54,050 nucleotides of DNA from Chiloscyllium plagiosum (Eukaryota), in the NCBI RefSeq assembly GCF_004010195.1, contig NC_057757.1:5511657-5565706 (forward strand). The letters are read 5' to 3'. A program made the translations under genes and the position numbers. The notes beneath the pieces were generated by a model. It ran no database searches and was not told the DNA's origin. It was given only the letters and a program-made list of their open reading frames with translations. Below are positions 25,537-38,989 of the stretch, one piece after another. Each line of letters starts with the position of its first letter. Position 1 is the stretch's first letter.

Positions 25537-25920
25537 TAAAGCTTCTTTGGCCCTGGTAATAAACACACCAAGTCTGCTTTGCTTCAGGAGATCCCAAGCC
25601 ACTTTACAGCCACTGAGGTACTTCAGAAATATTACCACTATTGTAGGAAATGCTGCAGTCAATTTGCACACAGGAATCCCCCACCAACAGCGAAGTGATG
25701 ATGACCAATTCTTTTTCTTTCCCAGTGGTGCTGTTTCAGGGATAAATATTGAATGCATGATGTCCTTTTGCTCTATTTGAACACCCTGGGCCTTGTTACC
25801 CCCACTTGAGAGGGCACAGGGTGGGGCCCCAATTGTGCGTTATTTCTGGAAGACAGTGTGGCATTCCCCTTGTACTGTACTTGGAGAATGAGCCTGGATT
25901 GAGACTCCTCTCCTCAATTT

Positions 25921-26232
25921 GGGATGGCACGGTGGCTCAGTGGTTAGCACTGCTGCCTCATAGCGCCAGGACCCGGGCAACTGTCCTGTATGGAGTTTGC
26001 ACATTCTCCCCATGTCTGCGTGGGTCTCCTCCAGCTGCTCCGGTTTCCTCCCACAGTCCAAAGATGTGCGGGTTAGGTGAATTGGCCATGCTAAATTGCC
26101 CCGAGTGTTAGGTGCATTAGTCAGGGGTGAATGTAGGGGAATGGGTCTCGGTGGGTTGCTCTTTGGAGGGTCGGTGTGGACTTGTTGGGCTGAAGGGCCT
26201 GTTTCCACACTGTCGGGAATGTAATCTAATCT
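25921..26232 (+). mobile_element. HE1-type SINE
   Basis: Head, core and taatc tail. Confidence 0.9.
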
Positions 26233-27060
26233 CCTGACTCAGATGCACTGCAGGAGGCTCCCAGTTTCATTCCCAGACTGTGTTGAGTTCCTGGATCTGC
26301 TGTAGCCACCCTTTGGATTCTGGGGAGAGTCTGGGGTCAGGTGTTGCGGGGAGGGGATTGGGTGCAGAAGGGTACCGTCCTGTTCTTGTTCCATATCGCT
26401 TTCCCGTGATGCATGTTGGCGCGCACACGAGTGTGACTATCAGGTCAGGACAGATTTGAGTCTTGATGGTGATGCCTTCACAGTCGAGCAGCTTTCCAAT
26501 GCACACTGTCTAGGCTCACCCACTTGGAGTGGTCCGTTAGCCAGTTAACGGAGGGCTTCTGGCAATTTTCCAGTTGTACCCTTTAACAGCTTCAGACGAG
26601 GAGGGGAGAATGTCGGGACCCAGGTCAGAGACCCTCACGAGTGGCCCACCTTGTCTCCAAGAAGGGAGGGAGAGACCGCGCCAGTGAAGATGAGAGACCG
26701 AGGCCAGCCCACACTGCTCCTTGTGCGCTCCCCTGGTCACAAAGGAACCTTGGCACAACCAGGGGCACCCAAGGCAGGGAAGGATGTGGGCTTCCAGACT
26801 GCAGCTACGGTCCAGCGAGTTCTGTTCTTGATTTCTGTGGTGACCTTAAAGTGAGGAGGGACCAAAACATTGAGACGTCAAGTGGCTATTGTGAGGTAGG
26901 AGGTTTTATTTGCTACGCTAACATTGTGGAGGGAGGGGCAGAGGTAATAGTTCCCCCCCCTCCCCCCCCTACCCCTGTATGTACTGTCCCCTTTTAAACA
27001 TGATGCTTATGTGTGGGATTCACGTGGGTTGTGTTGTTGTTGTTGCCTGTCTGTTTGCAG

Positions 27061-27209
27061 GTGGAGTACCTGAGGATGAAGCTTACATCCCCACTTACCT
27101 GGAGGCATTTCCCCCTCTCCCTGAGAAGGGAACACCGGGGGACAAGTCCGGCGAACCCATTGGAGCGTGGAGCAAAATCCGACCAATCAAATCCTCAGTA
27201 ATCACCCAG
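27061..27209 (+). CDS. HDLBP: Vigilin coding exon 2, (G)GVPEDEAYIPTYLEAFPPLPEK...WSKIRPIKSSVITQ
   Basis: tttgcag| acceptor, cag|gtacgt donor; 149 nt completes phase 1; conserved PTY..AFPPLPEK and KIRPIK.SVITQ. Confidence 0.95.
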
Positions 27210-30200
27210 GTACGTGAATGCTGTCTGTCGTGTGCAATTTAGGAAGGACCAGCACCTACTGTGCCGTCAGGGCCGCCCCAAGCCACGTCTTAGCTAGCAG
27301 ATCACTTTCACTTGGCCACGTTGTGATGCAGGGTAACACCAACAGCATGGGTTCAATTCCCACACTGGCTGAGGGTACTTAGCACAAATGACTCTCCTTC
27401 TCAATCTCTCTCCTCACCTGAGACATGGTGAAACCACCATCAGTCATCTGTCCCATGTGAGAGAGCAGCCCTTTCGCCCAATAACCGTAGCAAGCTCCCC
27501 TCAAAGAGTGATGTGTTTATGACTGGATCATCCAGGTTTTCTCTCTCACTATCGGTTGAGTGATTCCTATAGTTAAGACTCTGAGGGGAACTCCCCTGTT
27601 GTTCTTTAAAACGGTGTGGCTGAGGGATCTTTTACGTCCACCTGAGAGGACAGATGGGGTGTCAGTTTAACACCTGCGCTTGGAGAGTCACTCTGAATTT
27701 TTGAGCTTTTGTCTCTGGAGCAGGCAAAACCTCCTGACTTCAGTGTGTGTCACCCATGACCAACACTTTGTAAGACAGGCAGAGCACCAGAACAGTTCCA
27801 TCCGAAGCTGCAATTTAGCTACAGTCATGGGGAACTACCTCCACGACTTCTCCATTGACACAGCTGAATGCAGCAGTCACTTTCTGAGGCATTCTTCAAG
27901 CTCAAAAGGGCTTCCCTACCTTTATCCTGCTGCTCACCCATCATTAGTTCTCAGTAACCCAATGCCTCCAACGTAAAATTCTCATCCTCTGGTTTAGCCC
28001 TCTCCTGACTCTGTCCCTCCCTACATCTGTAACCCTCTCTGGCTTGGCAATTTTCCCAGCATCCTTTGACAACATCTTCCGAACTCTTGACCCCTACCAA
28101 CCAGGACGACAAGGGCAGCAGATGCATGGGAACAGCATAGTCTACGAGGTCACCCAGCCAAACCGCATACTGTCCGGACGGTATCATCATTACTGGGTCA
28201 AAATCCAGCTTCCTCTCAAACAGCATCACAGCTGTACTTCATCCCATGGATTGCAGTGATTTTGAAAAAAAGGGCGATTAGGGATGGACAGTAAAGGCTG
28301 GTCTAGTCAACAACACCCAATGAAAGTGAAAAGCAACCTCCCCCATTACCAAAATATCCATTGCTTTGAATGTGGTCTCTTGTTTCTACGCCTGCCCCTC
28401 CTTTCACCTCAAGGTCGACAGTGGCCTTCAGCTATTTTGGCACAGTGTTGTAGAATTTCCTTCCTAACTAACCCTGCTGTCTTTCCAATGTGTCTCATTT
28501 CAAATTTAAACATCTGTTCTTTAAGGTGGTTTTTTTTTATATACAAGCAGTTTGGGACAGGAATGCAAGTTATTGCAAGATCCCAGCTTTCGTTGCCAAT
28601 TTGTACTGGTGTCGCCAAGTCCTCAGTACCTCGGGTCTGTGAAAGGGGTTGGACAAAAGATCAGCCAGGTCCCTCCTCCAGACTGTTATCCTTTTGCCTT
28701 CTGATATCTAGCTTATCTGTAGTTTAAAAAGAGTTGCTCAGAATAAGCCCTGACAGAAAGTGACCCTAAACCTATTGAATTTTTTGGGTAAATAGAATTA
28801 GATGATTATGCCCAGTTAGTTCACCCTACTATAGGGAGGATATCAAACCATAGACAGGTTATAAAGGAAGAATATGCAGATAATACCACAGATAGTTATA
28901 TAGTTATGAATTGCAGCTCCAAGAACTAGAGATCTTAGCATAATCATTAAAGTAGAGCAGGTTTTAAAAAATTCATTCAAAGGATCTGGACATCGCTGGC
29001 TAAGCCAGTGTTTATTCCCCATCCCTAATTGCCCTTCTCATCTGCCTTCTCGAGCCAGTGAGGTTCATTTGGCGTAGGTACACCCGCAGTGCTGTCAGGG
29101 AGAGGGAGTTCCACAATTTTGACCCAGCGGCAATGAAGTTTAAAAGATGCATTCAGAGGCATTTTAATAACACAAACTGGAGAGAAGTTACTTCTGTTAC
29201 AAGAAGAGTTAATAACTAGATGATGTAAATTGAATATAATTATTGAAAGGTGAAAGGGAGTGTTATAGAGTCATTATGGCACAAGAGGAGGCCATTTGAG
29301 GGAGATGGTGGTGTAGTAGAAACCTCACTGGACTAGTAATCCAGTGGCCTGAGCTAATAGTCTCAGGACAGGAGTTCAAATCTCACCATCTTCTCCTGCC
29401 ATGGTGCTTTGTGTTTATGTTCCTCAAGCATCCTTTCCAATTTCCTTTTGAAATTGTTCACCAACTATATTTGCACCACCCTAGTGGGCAGCAAGTTCTA
29501 GGTCATTACAGTTCATCGCTTTTTAAAAAAAAAAACCTCTTCCCCTCATTCCCTGGCCTCACTTGCCCGAAATCTTAAATCTATGTGCTCGAGTCCTTGT
29601 ACCATCAGCTAACAGGAAGAGGTTTCTCTTTGTCAACCTTAAGGAAACTTATTATAATCTAATACGTCTCTGTCAGATCACCAAGCCCCCACCCCCCCAA
29701 CCCATTTCTGACATCTTCCTTCATAGCAATAATCTCTCACCTCAGCAACTGATCTAGAGAAAGGTTCACTCAGCTAATTCCTGGGGTGAAGAGTTCTTAT
29801 TTAGAACGAGAGGCACAAAGTTATAGTAGACGAGGGGTTCAAGGGTTTTGCGAGACAGGCAGGAAAGAGGAATGAAGTCCACAGTCAAATTTGCTGTGCT
29901 CTCATTGACTGAATAGCATAAATATAATCCAGAATAATTTCTAAGAAGGAAGTGGAGAAACCGCATTGGGTATGTCTCATTTGCCTTTTCCTAAGAGGTG
30001 GACATTTCCGAGGGATAATAGAAGTACAAGTGGACCAAAATGGCTTTGACCTGTGCTGTCGAGGTCGGTACTTGCATGCACATTGGTTTTGGAAAGTGTA
30101 CACTGTGCAAATCAGGACTGCAGCATTGAAAGCCTCTGTTCAGTGCTGTGCTCACAGTGGGATGCAGAGCTATACATAATTAGGGCCCAGTGCTTCCCAG

Positions 30201-31069
30201 TTTTAAATTGGTTTGAAAACAGGAGGATGAATTTTAAATAGATTTTGTTTCAGTTTCAGCTATCAACTTTTTTTTTACTCCAGGAATTGAGCCAGTCTTA
30301 AAAATAAAGGAACAGAATGGAGAGAAAAATGCAAAATGTACTTCCTTTGGTTTTTAGTCTGTGATTTTTATGTTAGAATTACCAAAACTTTATAAGAAAC
30401 AGCTGTGTTTAAGGAGATGATTATTAATTTGATTTCTAGGCATTGACATTATCAGGAAATACCTTAAATGTTGTTAAGTTTATGTTCGGGGTTAATTAAA
30501 AGCAAAGTTGCAGCTGTGAAGTTTTCCTAAAAATGTTTCTTACTGGGAGGTGACCAAATATAACGATCCCTGCAGAGACTGATTCCTGTTTATACAGGAG
30601 GTCCTGGTCCCAGTGGCCAACTTAAACGAACACTTTAAACTACAGGGAAGTTTCCTCATTCAAGTTTTAATGCATCTGAAAATCCTGCTCCATGCTTACG
30701 TTGTACTCTGTGCCTCAAATTGGCACACTTCTCCTGGAACCAGTCCAGAGTGATTTCTTGCATCTGATGGCATGTGTAAATCTGCAATCTCTGAATTGGC
30801 TTCCGTGGTTAGGCTTATCCTCTCTGTAGCTAGAGTAAGGCAAATCTTGGTTTAATTTCGATGCTTACAAACGCGGTCTCTTCAGTCTAAACATGAGCTC
30901 CCACATGAACCAAAGAGGCTAGCCGTCTCTAAATCCAAATTTTCTTTTTCTCTCTCTCTCTCAAATTCTGGTAGATGGTGATTGTCTACAACATTAAGTA
31001 ATATTTTAAGAATGCAGTCTGTATGCCAATCCTAAAGTGGCTTCCCGTGGACTTTTCCCTTCTCAACGT

Positions 31070-31300
31070 CCACCTGCAGAGCAGATGACACCAAGATTGG
31101 TGGTCTTGTGGAGGGTGAGAAAAGTTATCTGGGAACACAGTGAGTTTGGGTCAGTGGGCTGAGGAATGGCAGATGGAGTTTAATTTAGATAAATGCAAGG
31201 TGTCGTATTTTGATAAGGCAAATCAGGGCAGGACTTACACAGTTAATGATAAGACCCTGGGGAGTGTTATAGAACAAAGAGATTCAGGGGTACAGGTTCT
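31070..31300 (+). mobile_element. CR1 reverse transcriptase fragment, followed by an HE1 3' part (31320-31490)
   Basis: ADDTKIGG and WAEEWQMEFNLDKCKV motifs. Confidence 0.8.
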
Positions 31301-32281
31301 CAAATGAACTTTTAACAATTGGATTGGCCATGCTATATTGCTCTTGTTGTTGACGGATGTGTAGGTTAGGTAAATTGGCCATAGGAAATGCAGGGTTAGA
31401 GAAGGTGGGTGTGGGTGGGATGGTATTTGGAGAGTCCGTGTGGACCCGATGGGCTGAATAGCCTGCTTCTACACTGGAGATTCTATGATGTTGGCAAGGT
31501 AGAAATAACTCCTTCAGTCTGAGATCTAAGGCTGACACATCCTGTGTGATCACTGGCTTCCCTCGTGTGTCTCCCAAAAAGAGTATAAACCTTCCAGTGA
31601 TAAACAGGAAAACCTGCTTATTGTTGACGTCAGTGCCAACAGTGACTCATTTCCCCATACCATTTGTACTTTGGATATTTATTTTTGGTGACAGTCAGGG
31701 GGAAGACACCAGGTCATGAGAGTTTATTTCCTTTAAGGAGTCAGCCATAGAATATTGTTTCACTTGTTCAAGACATGTGGGAGTCACCAGCATTGATCAC
31801 TCAACCTTGATCAGCTTTGAGCCATCACCTTGAACCGCTGCAGACCACGTGTTGTAGGTGGACCCACTGACAGATAAAAGATGTCCATATATCTCCTAGT
31901 CCGGACGGTGACTGGCTCAGAGGAACTTGCAGCTGGTAGTGTTCACATCTACCTTAATGGCAAAAGATGTGTGAAATGGGTTTGGCACCGTAGGTTACTC
32001 ATGGACAGGATGGGAGTTGTTTTTGGCCACAAATTTGTTGTAGGATGGAATTCCCATGTCTGGGCATTGCTGGCAAGGCCAGTATATATTATCCTTCCCA
32101 GTTTCACAGTCACAGTCTCTGGAGGAGACTTGGTGTGCTTAACCACAGACCCGGACGCCACGGTGGCTCAGTGGTCAGCACGACTGCCTCACAGCACCAG
32201 AGATACGGGTTCAGTTCCAGCCTAGTCCAACACAATCACTAAACAGGACTGACTGCCGTTCTCTCTGTCTCCTCTGCTCAG

Positions 32282-32497
32282 GTGTTTCATGTCCCTCTGG
32301 AGGAGCGCAGGTACAAGGACAACAGTCAGTTTGGCGAAGGTGAGGAGGCGAAGGTGTGCTTGGACATCATGCAGAAGACGGGAGCCCATATTGAGCTCTC
32401 TCTGGCCAAAGATCAAGGCCTCTCCATCATGGTGACCGGCAAACTCGACTCTGTCATGAAAGCAAGGAAGGAAATCGTGGCTCGACTTCAGACCCAG
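32282..32497 (+). CDS. HDLBP: Vigilin coding exon 3, VFHVPLEERRYKD...ARKEIVARLQTQ
   Basis: ctgctcag| acceptor, cag|gtcggt donor; 216 nt, phase 0/0; close match to vertebrate vigilin. Confidence 0.96.
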
Positions 32498-33114
32498 GTC
32501 GGTCTTTGGGATTGGCGCACCGTGGTCACTGCTGCGGTTGGTGAGAGGTCGTGTCTTTCGCCCTGTTTTCCTTCCCCTCCACTTTTGTGATCAGTTGTAG
32601 ATCCTTTTGCCTTGTAATTGCTTCCTTAAGCTCCTCAGTTTTTTTTTCCGTGTTGAAGCTTCAGGCGTGAATTAATCGAGGTGTTTGGAATCCAAATTTG
32701 TCAAAGTCCCAGAGGACCACAGGTTGCTCTCTCGTTACAGAGAAACAGCTGATAGTGTTTTTAACCTGAGGGTCACCCTGTGTCAGGCGAGGGGCAAGGT
32801 AGAGAAGTTGGGGCCTTCATGTGACCTCAACCAGTGCAGGAATTGAACCCACACTCTGCTTTGCACCAAGCCGACTCAATTAATAGAAAAAGATTATTTC
32901 CTCTGGTGGATAGGGTGGGATTCTAGTTAAATGATAGAGAAAAGGCGCAAGTGATTGAATGGCTCAGTCCCGTTTGTGTTCCAAAGAGCCTCAAGGCCCT
33001 GCCCCTCCAGCAGACATTGCTGATACCACTTCATGTGCAATCCCTTTTTCAAGTGTAAGACTCCATAGATCAGCAGTCTGTAAAGAAGAGCGGAAGTGAT
33101 CTTGATTGTCTCTA

Positions 33115-33532
33115 GAGAGGAGAGGTTGGATAGGCTGGGACTTTTTTCACTGGAGCGTAGGAGACTGCAGGATGACCATCTTGAGGTTTGTAAAATTATG
33201 AGGGGCACAGATGAGGTGAATATCCAACAGCTTTCCTCCAGGGTAGGGGAGTCTAAAACCAGAGGGCATGGGTTTAAGGTGAGTGGGGAAAGATACAAAA
33301 AAGGTCCAGAGGGGCATTTGTTGATACACAAGGTGGTGAGTGTCTGGAACAGGCTGCCAGAGGTAGTGGTGGAGGCGAGTACAGTTTTGTCACTTAAGAA
33401 ACATCATGGCCAGGTACATGGATGGGTTAGGTATGGAGCGATATGGGATTGGATTAACTGTGAAAACTGGGCGGCATGGACAATTTGGGCCGAAGGGCCT
33501 GTTTCCGTGCTGTAAACCTCTATGTCTCTATG
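33115..33532 (+). mobile_element. CR1 LINE 3' end
   Basis: ERLDRLGLFSLERRRL...VWNRLP; ctctatg tail. Confidence 0.85.
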
Positions 33533-33830
33533 TTTGTGACATTGGTATTTGAAGTCCGAGCATTGACCTGCAAGAGAGAAGGGGACTCCTTGATAGCCTT
33601 CTGAAGATGTGATTGAAATGTAATATTTTGGCCAACGTCTTGTATACATGGTTGCCATTGCTGATTTGTCAGGTTAGTGAAAGTTATGAGCTGAAGCCAT
33701 GCCAATCACCTATTTACAATTATGCATTTATAATTCCTATATAAATTTGTTATCGTAATTGTTTGGCACTTTTATGTCAGGCTAATGTTGAAGCTACCAA
33801 TGAAATCATTTAGAATGGAAGTATTGTACG

Positions 33831-33979
33831 GGGAAGCAGTGGCCTAATGGTATTATCACTGGACTATCGATCCAGAGGCCCAGCTAATGTACTGGAGACC
33901 TGGGTTCGAATCCCGCTACAGCAGATGGTGAAATTTGAATTCAGTTCTAAAATAAATCTGGAATTCAGAGTCCGATGAT
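33831..33979 (+). mobile_element. tRNA-derived SINE head running into the gap
   Basis: gtggcctaatggt A box, gggttcgaatccc B box; related copies at about 14790-15015 and 29300-29395. Confidence 0.7.
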
Positions 33980-34479
33980 NNNNNNNNNNNNNNNNNNNNN
34001 NNNNNNNNNNNNNNNNNNNNNNNNNNNNNNNNNNNNNNNNNNNNNNNNNNNNNNNNNNNNNNNNNNNNNNNNNNNNNNNNNNNNNNNNNNNNNNNNNNNN
34101 NNNNNNNNNNNNNNNNNNNNNNNNNNNNNNNNNNNNNNNNNNNNNNNNNNNNNNNNNNNNNNNNNNNNNNNNNNNNNNNNNNNNNNNNNNNNNNNNNNNN
34201 NNNNNNNNNNNNNNNNNNNNNNNNNNNNNNNNNNNNNNNNNNNNNNNNNNNNNNNNNNNNNNNNNNNNNNNNNNNNNNNNNNNNNNNNNNNNNNNNNNNN
34301 NNNNNNNNNNNNNNNNNNNNNNNNNNNNNNNNNNNNNNNNNNNNNNNNNNNNNNNNNNNNNNNNNNNNNNNNNNNNNNNNNNNNNNNNNNNNNNNNNNNN
34401 NNNNNNNNNNNNNNNNNNNNNNNNNNNNNNNNNNNNNNNNNNNNNNNNNNNNNNNNNNNNNNNNNNNNNNNNNNNNNNN
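33980..34479. other. Assembly gap (exactly 500 N)
   Basis: Run of N; the round size suggests a placeholder of unknown length. Confidence 1.
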
Positions 34480-35375
34480 GCACTCTGAGTCAAACGCTCC
34501 AAGGCCTGCTGCAGTTTTCCACCCCACTGGGGGAACCACTGTGTAGCGTAGGCAGAGAAACATGTCAAAGACAGAACTCAGGGAACGCCCACGGGTGTCT
34601 TAAATTATTTCTTTCTGACTTATTTAACAACATATTTATAACATTGGTTTGAAATGTATTTCCTGATGTCTGTGTTTGTCAGTGGGACAGTCAATGATGA
34701 AGGATGGGACTTTAGGCGTGATTGGAGAGAGGTGTAGCTGAGGTTCTTGGTAGCACTCATAAGTAATCCAGGAGGTTGCCTTGTTGTAGACTCCCATCAC
34801 CCTGTCCCTTCCCCACTTCCTCCTCCTCGTGTTCCTCTATCTCATTTTCTTGTCTAATGTTGGGGGCAAGGGCCCCAATCAGCGGGTGGTGGAGCTGTGC
34901 AGCTGTACACAGTGAATCTCGACACCTGACCAACGGAGTACTGTAGATCCTCCTGCACAGTGAGCGCAGTGCAAGCTGTTACCCAAGGACAATAATGGTG
35001 CGCTGTGTAGCGTCCATGTAACTGTGAATTCCCAGCTCCCCACGCCAGGCGGATATGACCCTTGTCACCCAGATAGCTAGCCTTTAATCGGTCAGCTCAA
35101 AGAGAGGTGGAGCAGACTGCAACCGAATGAAAGGTCATGGGTGCCGATTGTGGGAATTGACTCCCATGGTACGTTGCCCTAGTTGTGCACATTCTGCACG
35201 TTGCAGGAGCCCGTTCCCGTTCTGGTGATGAAAACGGCCAAGTAATTGACAAAGTACTTGGGGGTTTCGTCAACAGACGTACAGAGTAAAGAAGTAGGGA
35301 AGTTACGCAAAACCATAATAAGGCATTAGTTAGACTTCACCGTAGAGGGTTGTGGCTGGATCTGGTCACGCCATA

Positions 35376-35520
35376 GCTGAAAATGTGTTGCTGAAACAGC
35401 GCAGCAGGTCAGGCAGCATCCAGGGGACAGGAGAATCGACGTTTCAGGCATAAGCCCTTCTTCAGGGGTCACGTTTCGGGAATAAGCCCTCCAGAGTGTC
35501 CTGCAGACCTCACTTTCTCC
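35376..35520. mobile_element. Penelope-derived insertion with 15-bp target-site duplication and hammerhead core
   Basis: tctggtcac(g/a)ccata at 35361 and 35521; minus-strand ctgaagaagggcttatgcctgaaacgtc at 35438-35465. Confidence 0.8.
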
Positions 35521-38024
35521 TCTGGTCACACCATAAGAAAGTTGTGATTGGGCTTTGAGAGGGGGCGCGGGGAAGGTGCTGGGCTGGAATTTAGCTGCAT
35601 GGGTTAGTTTGGAGAAATTGCAAGAAGTTGTCCGTGCAGTGAAAGAGGTTGACGGGAGACTTGGTAGAAGTGAACAAGTGGACGAAGAAGAGCTTGTCCC
35701 ATTTGAGCTGACAGTATGTAAACAAGGAGTATGGATTTAAGGTTTGGGCAAGAGCTATAGGACTCTCCCAGCACCTCCCTCCCAGTGGTCTCAAGAGTAT
35801 ACAAGCATCCCCCATAGACAAGTGCCTCTTAATTTTCCAGACCTCAGTTCCCTCACCCTGGTGTCAACGTAAAGTTTATGCTTTAGGGTCCGAGGGTGGG
35901 GGTTACGGGTTCAACCTTCTAACACCAAGACAAGAGGTGTTCCCACCCCCCCACTCCCCCGAGCCACAGCTGATGGCGACACCAAGAAGATATGACCGAG
36001 AAATGATGATCAAATAATGGCAGACTTTGCAGATTGCAGTAGGAAAGGCACTCGGTCTGGGAGCTCCATCGCTCTTGAGGTCCTGCGTGTGCGTGTGTGT
36101 GTGAGCAGGAGATGCTGTAAAACAGTCTTCCAAATGACGTTTAACATGTGAAAGTTACTGTAACCCTGGATGCCAACAAGAACACAATGGCAATAAAGTA
36201 GCTGACTAATATTTATTACGTAAGTTTGTGTGTCAGAGATTGATGTTTGAACATCACACGAATATGACAATCCATGTTTTGAAATTACTTTGTGAAAATA
36301 CAATTATTTTACATTCTCAACCAGACCATTCTTTCATCTGAGCTGCTTCACCTCCTATCTCTTTTGTGGGATGTGGGTGTCACTGGCTGGGCCAGCATTT
36401 ATTGCCTGTCTCTAGTTGCCCTTGAGGAGGAGGAGGTGGTGATGAGCTGCCTGCTTGAGCAACTACAGTCCATGTGCTGTCCACAATGCCATTAGGGAAG
36501 GAATTCCAGGGTTTTCACCCAAGGAAGGAGTAGACGTGCAGGTTGGGAGTCTCTGGGTTTGATATGTTGGAGCCATAGGTCATCCTGCAGCACTAAGTAG
36601 TCAGGGGGCTAGGTTTGAAAGGATGCAGCTTAGGGCTAGGGGTTTCAAGATTCAGGGGTGCGACTGTGAGCAGGAGTCCGTGGTCTAGAGACAGAGGCCA
36701 AGAGTTGAACAGAAATCTGCGTCTTATAGTTGGTGGGAGGGGTAAGGGACGGAACCTCGTGACTTCATTGGCATGTTTATGCCGTCTAAATTGGAGTTGT
36801 GACCCACGTTTTTGGAAGCTGCTGTTGTAAAGAGGCAACTTTTCTCAGAATGCTGAATGTTGTTGCATTTTCATCTTAGAGGGTACAAGGAAATTCAGAG
36901 GAAGTGGCCACAAAGGGCTAACCTTCCCTTATTGCTTAGAACTTGTGGGGATTGGAGCAGCCTATCCACCTTAAGGCAAAACCTTCCTATTGACTTCGGA
37001 CAACTTTTAAACTGGAACCCTGCGACAACAAGAGGATCATGAGTAAATCCAGATCAGTGTCTCTGCCGTTTGTTTTGTGGAGTTTTGCTTTGTGAGCATC
37101 CGATTCCTGTTTCAAACCCTGGTAAACAGCTGTGGTGAGGGCATTGTTTTCCTCTGGGTAAATAACAGCTTTCAACGGCACAAATAACAAACCTGCTCTT
37201 AGGCAGCACTTTTCGTGACCGTGGGTCAGTCCACAGCGTTTTGCGGGCAGGGCATGGGCCAGTATTTTCAAGGGGGTAACTCTCGGCCGAAAACGTGCAT
37301 TCGAACAGTGAGCAGATAAATTGCTAAAAGCATCATGTCCTGAGAATTCTGCAGACCCCTCAGGTCCCCCTAGCTGGAGGCAGATCCTTGGCTCATCAGC
37401 AAATGGTGCTTCACCCTTTCTTCAGCAGTGTGTTTGCCAATGGTTTGTCTCCCGCTCTGGGGTGAGGAGGCAGGTCACGGAGACAGGTCCCAGGTCTATC
37501 CGAGCCAGACTGGGGATTGTTGGTGTAAAACAGAACTGCACGCGAGGCCGCTGAGCTAACCAATCATCCAGGGAGTAGGCGTTTACAACCGAAATGTAAG
37601 CTTTTGAGCTGACTACCTAACTGTGCGTCAGTTTTGGGTGACATTGTCACATGATTGTAAATGTGTGCAGTGCAATCTTGCATCTCTGTCTCAGGCACGC
37701 ACATTCGAGATTTCATCGAAAGCAGTAGCCAACTCCAGAATTTTAGCAAACCTAAATCAGCAGATACGCTTTTCCCAGATTTAAAGTGTCCCTTGTGATG
37801 CTTACATTTTTGCGCACAGACTGTATACAAAGTTGGCAGTTTTGTACAGGACAGCTGGCTATATATACAAATATGTACGTATTCTGTGGGTAAATGTACA
37901 GTTGTATAGGGAGCGCTCATTAACAGAAAACTCTGTTGATACCAGTAAGGGAGGACTGCAGATGCTGGAGATCAGAGTCGAGAGTGAAGCCTTGCTACGT
38001 GGGCACGTAGCTTGGAAAAATGTC

Positions 38025-38225
38025 CGGATTAAAAGCAGAGTACAGTGGCTGCTGGAAATCTGAAACAAACCCAGTGAATGCTGGAGAAACTCAGCAGCGG
38101 TAAGAGAGAGAAACCGAGTTAACGTTTCAAGTTCGCGTGACTCCTCTTCAGTTCTGAAGAAACGTTACCACTGTTCCTCTCTCCATAAATGCTGTCAGAC
38201 CTGCTGAGTTTCTTTGTGTTTGTTT
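38025..38225. mobile_element. Palindromic Penelope-derived element, second subfamily
   Basis: gaaactcagcag / ctgctgagtttc arms; minus-strand ctgaagaggagtcacgcgaacttgaaacgtt at 38121-38151. Confidence 0.7.
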
Positions 38226-38327
38226 ACTGCTGTGGCTCAGTTGCAAAGTTCAAAGGCAATGGGTTAGATTTTTTTAATATCGTACCAGTCTGGTGCTGAA
38301 TGCTTCTGAACCCTGAAGCGATTGTTG

Positions 38328-38605
38328 AATCCCTACAGTGTGGGAGCAGGCTATTTGGTCCTTCGAATCCACGTTGGCCTTCCAAAGGATATCCTACTTG
38401 GACCCAACCCCCTATCTTATCCCTGTAACCCTGCGTTCCCCATGGCCAATCCACCTAACCTGCACATCTTTGGACTGTGGGAGGAAACCAGAGCACCCAG
38501 AGGAAGTCCTTGCTGGCATGGGGTGAACATGCAAACTCCACACACACTCACCTGAGGCTGAGATTCTGCTGCTGTGAGGCAGCAGCGCTAATCACTGAGC
38601 CCCAT
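38328..38605 (-). mobile_element. HE1-type SINE
   Basis: Reverse-strand core cacctaacctgcacatctttggactgtgggagg. Confidence 0.85.
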
Positions 38606-38989
38606 GTTGAATACCAGTTTAAAAGATGTTGAAATGCCCAGGGTTATTTGCTGCAGAGAGGGCTGGGTGGGGAGAATATTAGAGGAAAGCAATAAATTAA
38701 AACCCCCTTTAGCGTGTTTCAGATTGCCACAACCAGGAGAGCAGAGGATATTTCTGCAGGTAGTTCGAGTTTAATTACTTTTTTCCACCGATGGTGGTGG
38801 ACATGTGACCTATGGGAAGCAAGTTTTAGGAATTGATAGTTTTTTTTTTGTGGGAGTGGTGATGGATGGGTGATACCTTTTTGTTCTGGGTTAACTTGTT
38901 TGAAATACCATCCAACATAACTTACTGTCTTAGGATGTCAAAATCCTGGAAGAGGACACTACAGAGATTTATGACGATGGGACCAGGAG

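Noticed and set aside
25270..25597. Recurrent peptide LKMCCWKSAAGQAASKE as a small gene family
   Set aside because: Translation of the palindromic repeat, seen on both strands.
33831..33930. tRNA gene
   Set aside because: A and B boxes are present but I could not fold a cloverleaf; it continues into SINE body sequence and has dispersed relatives.
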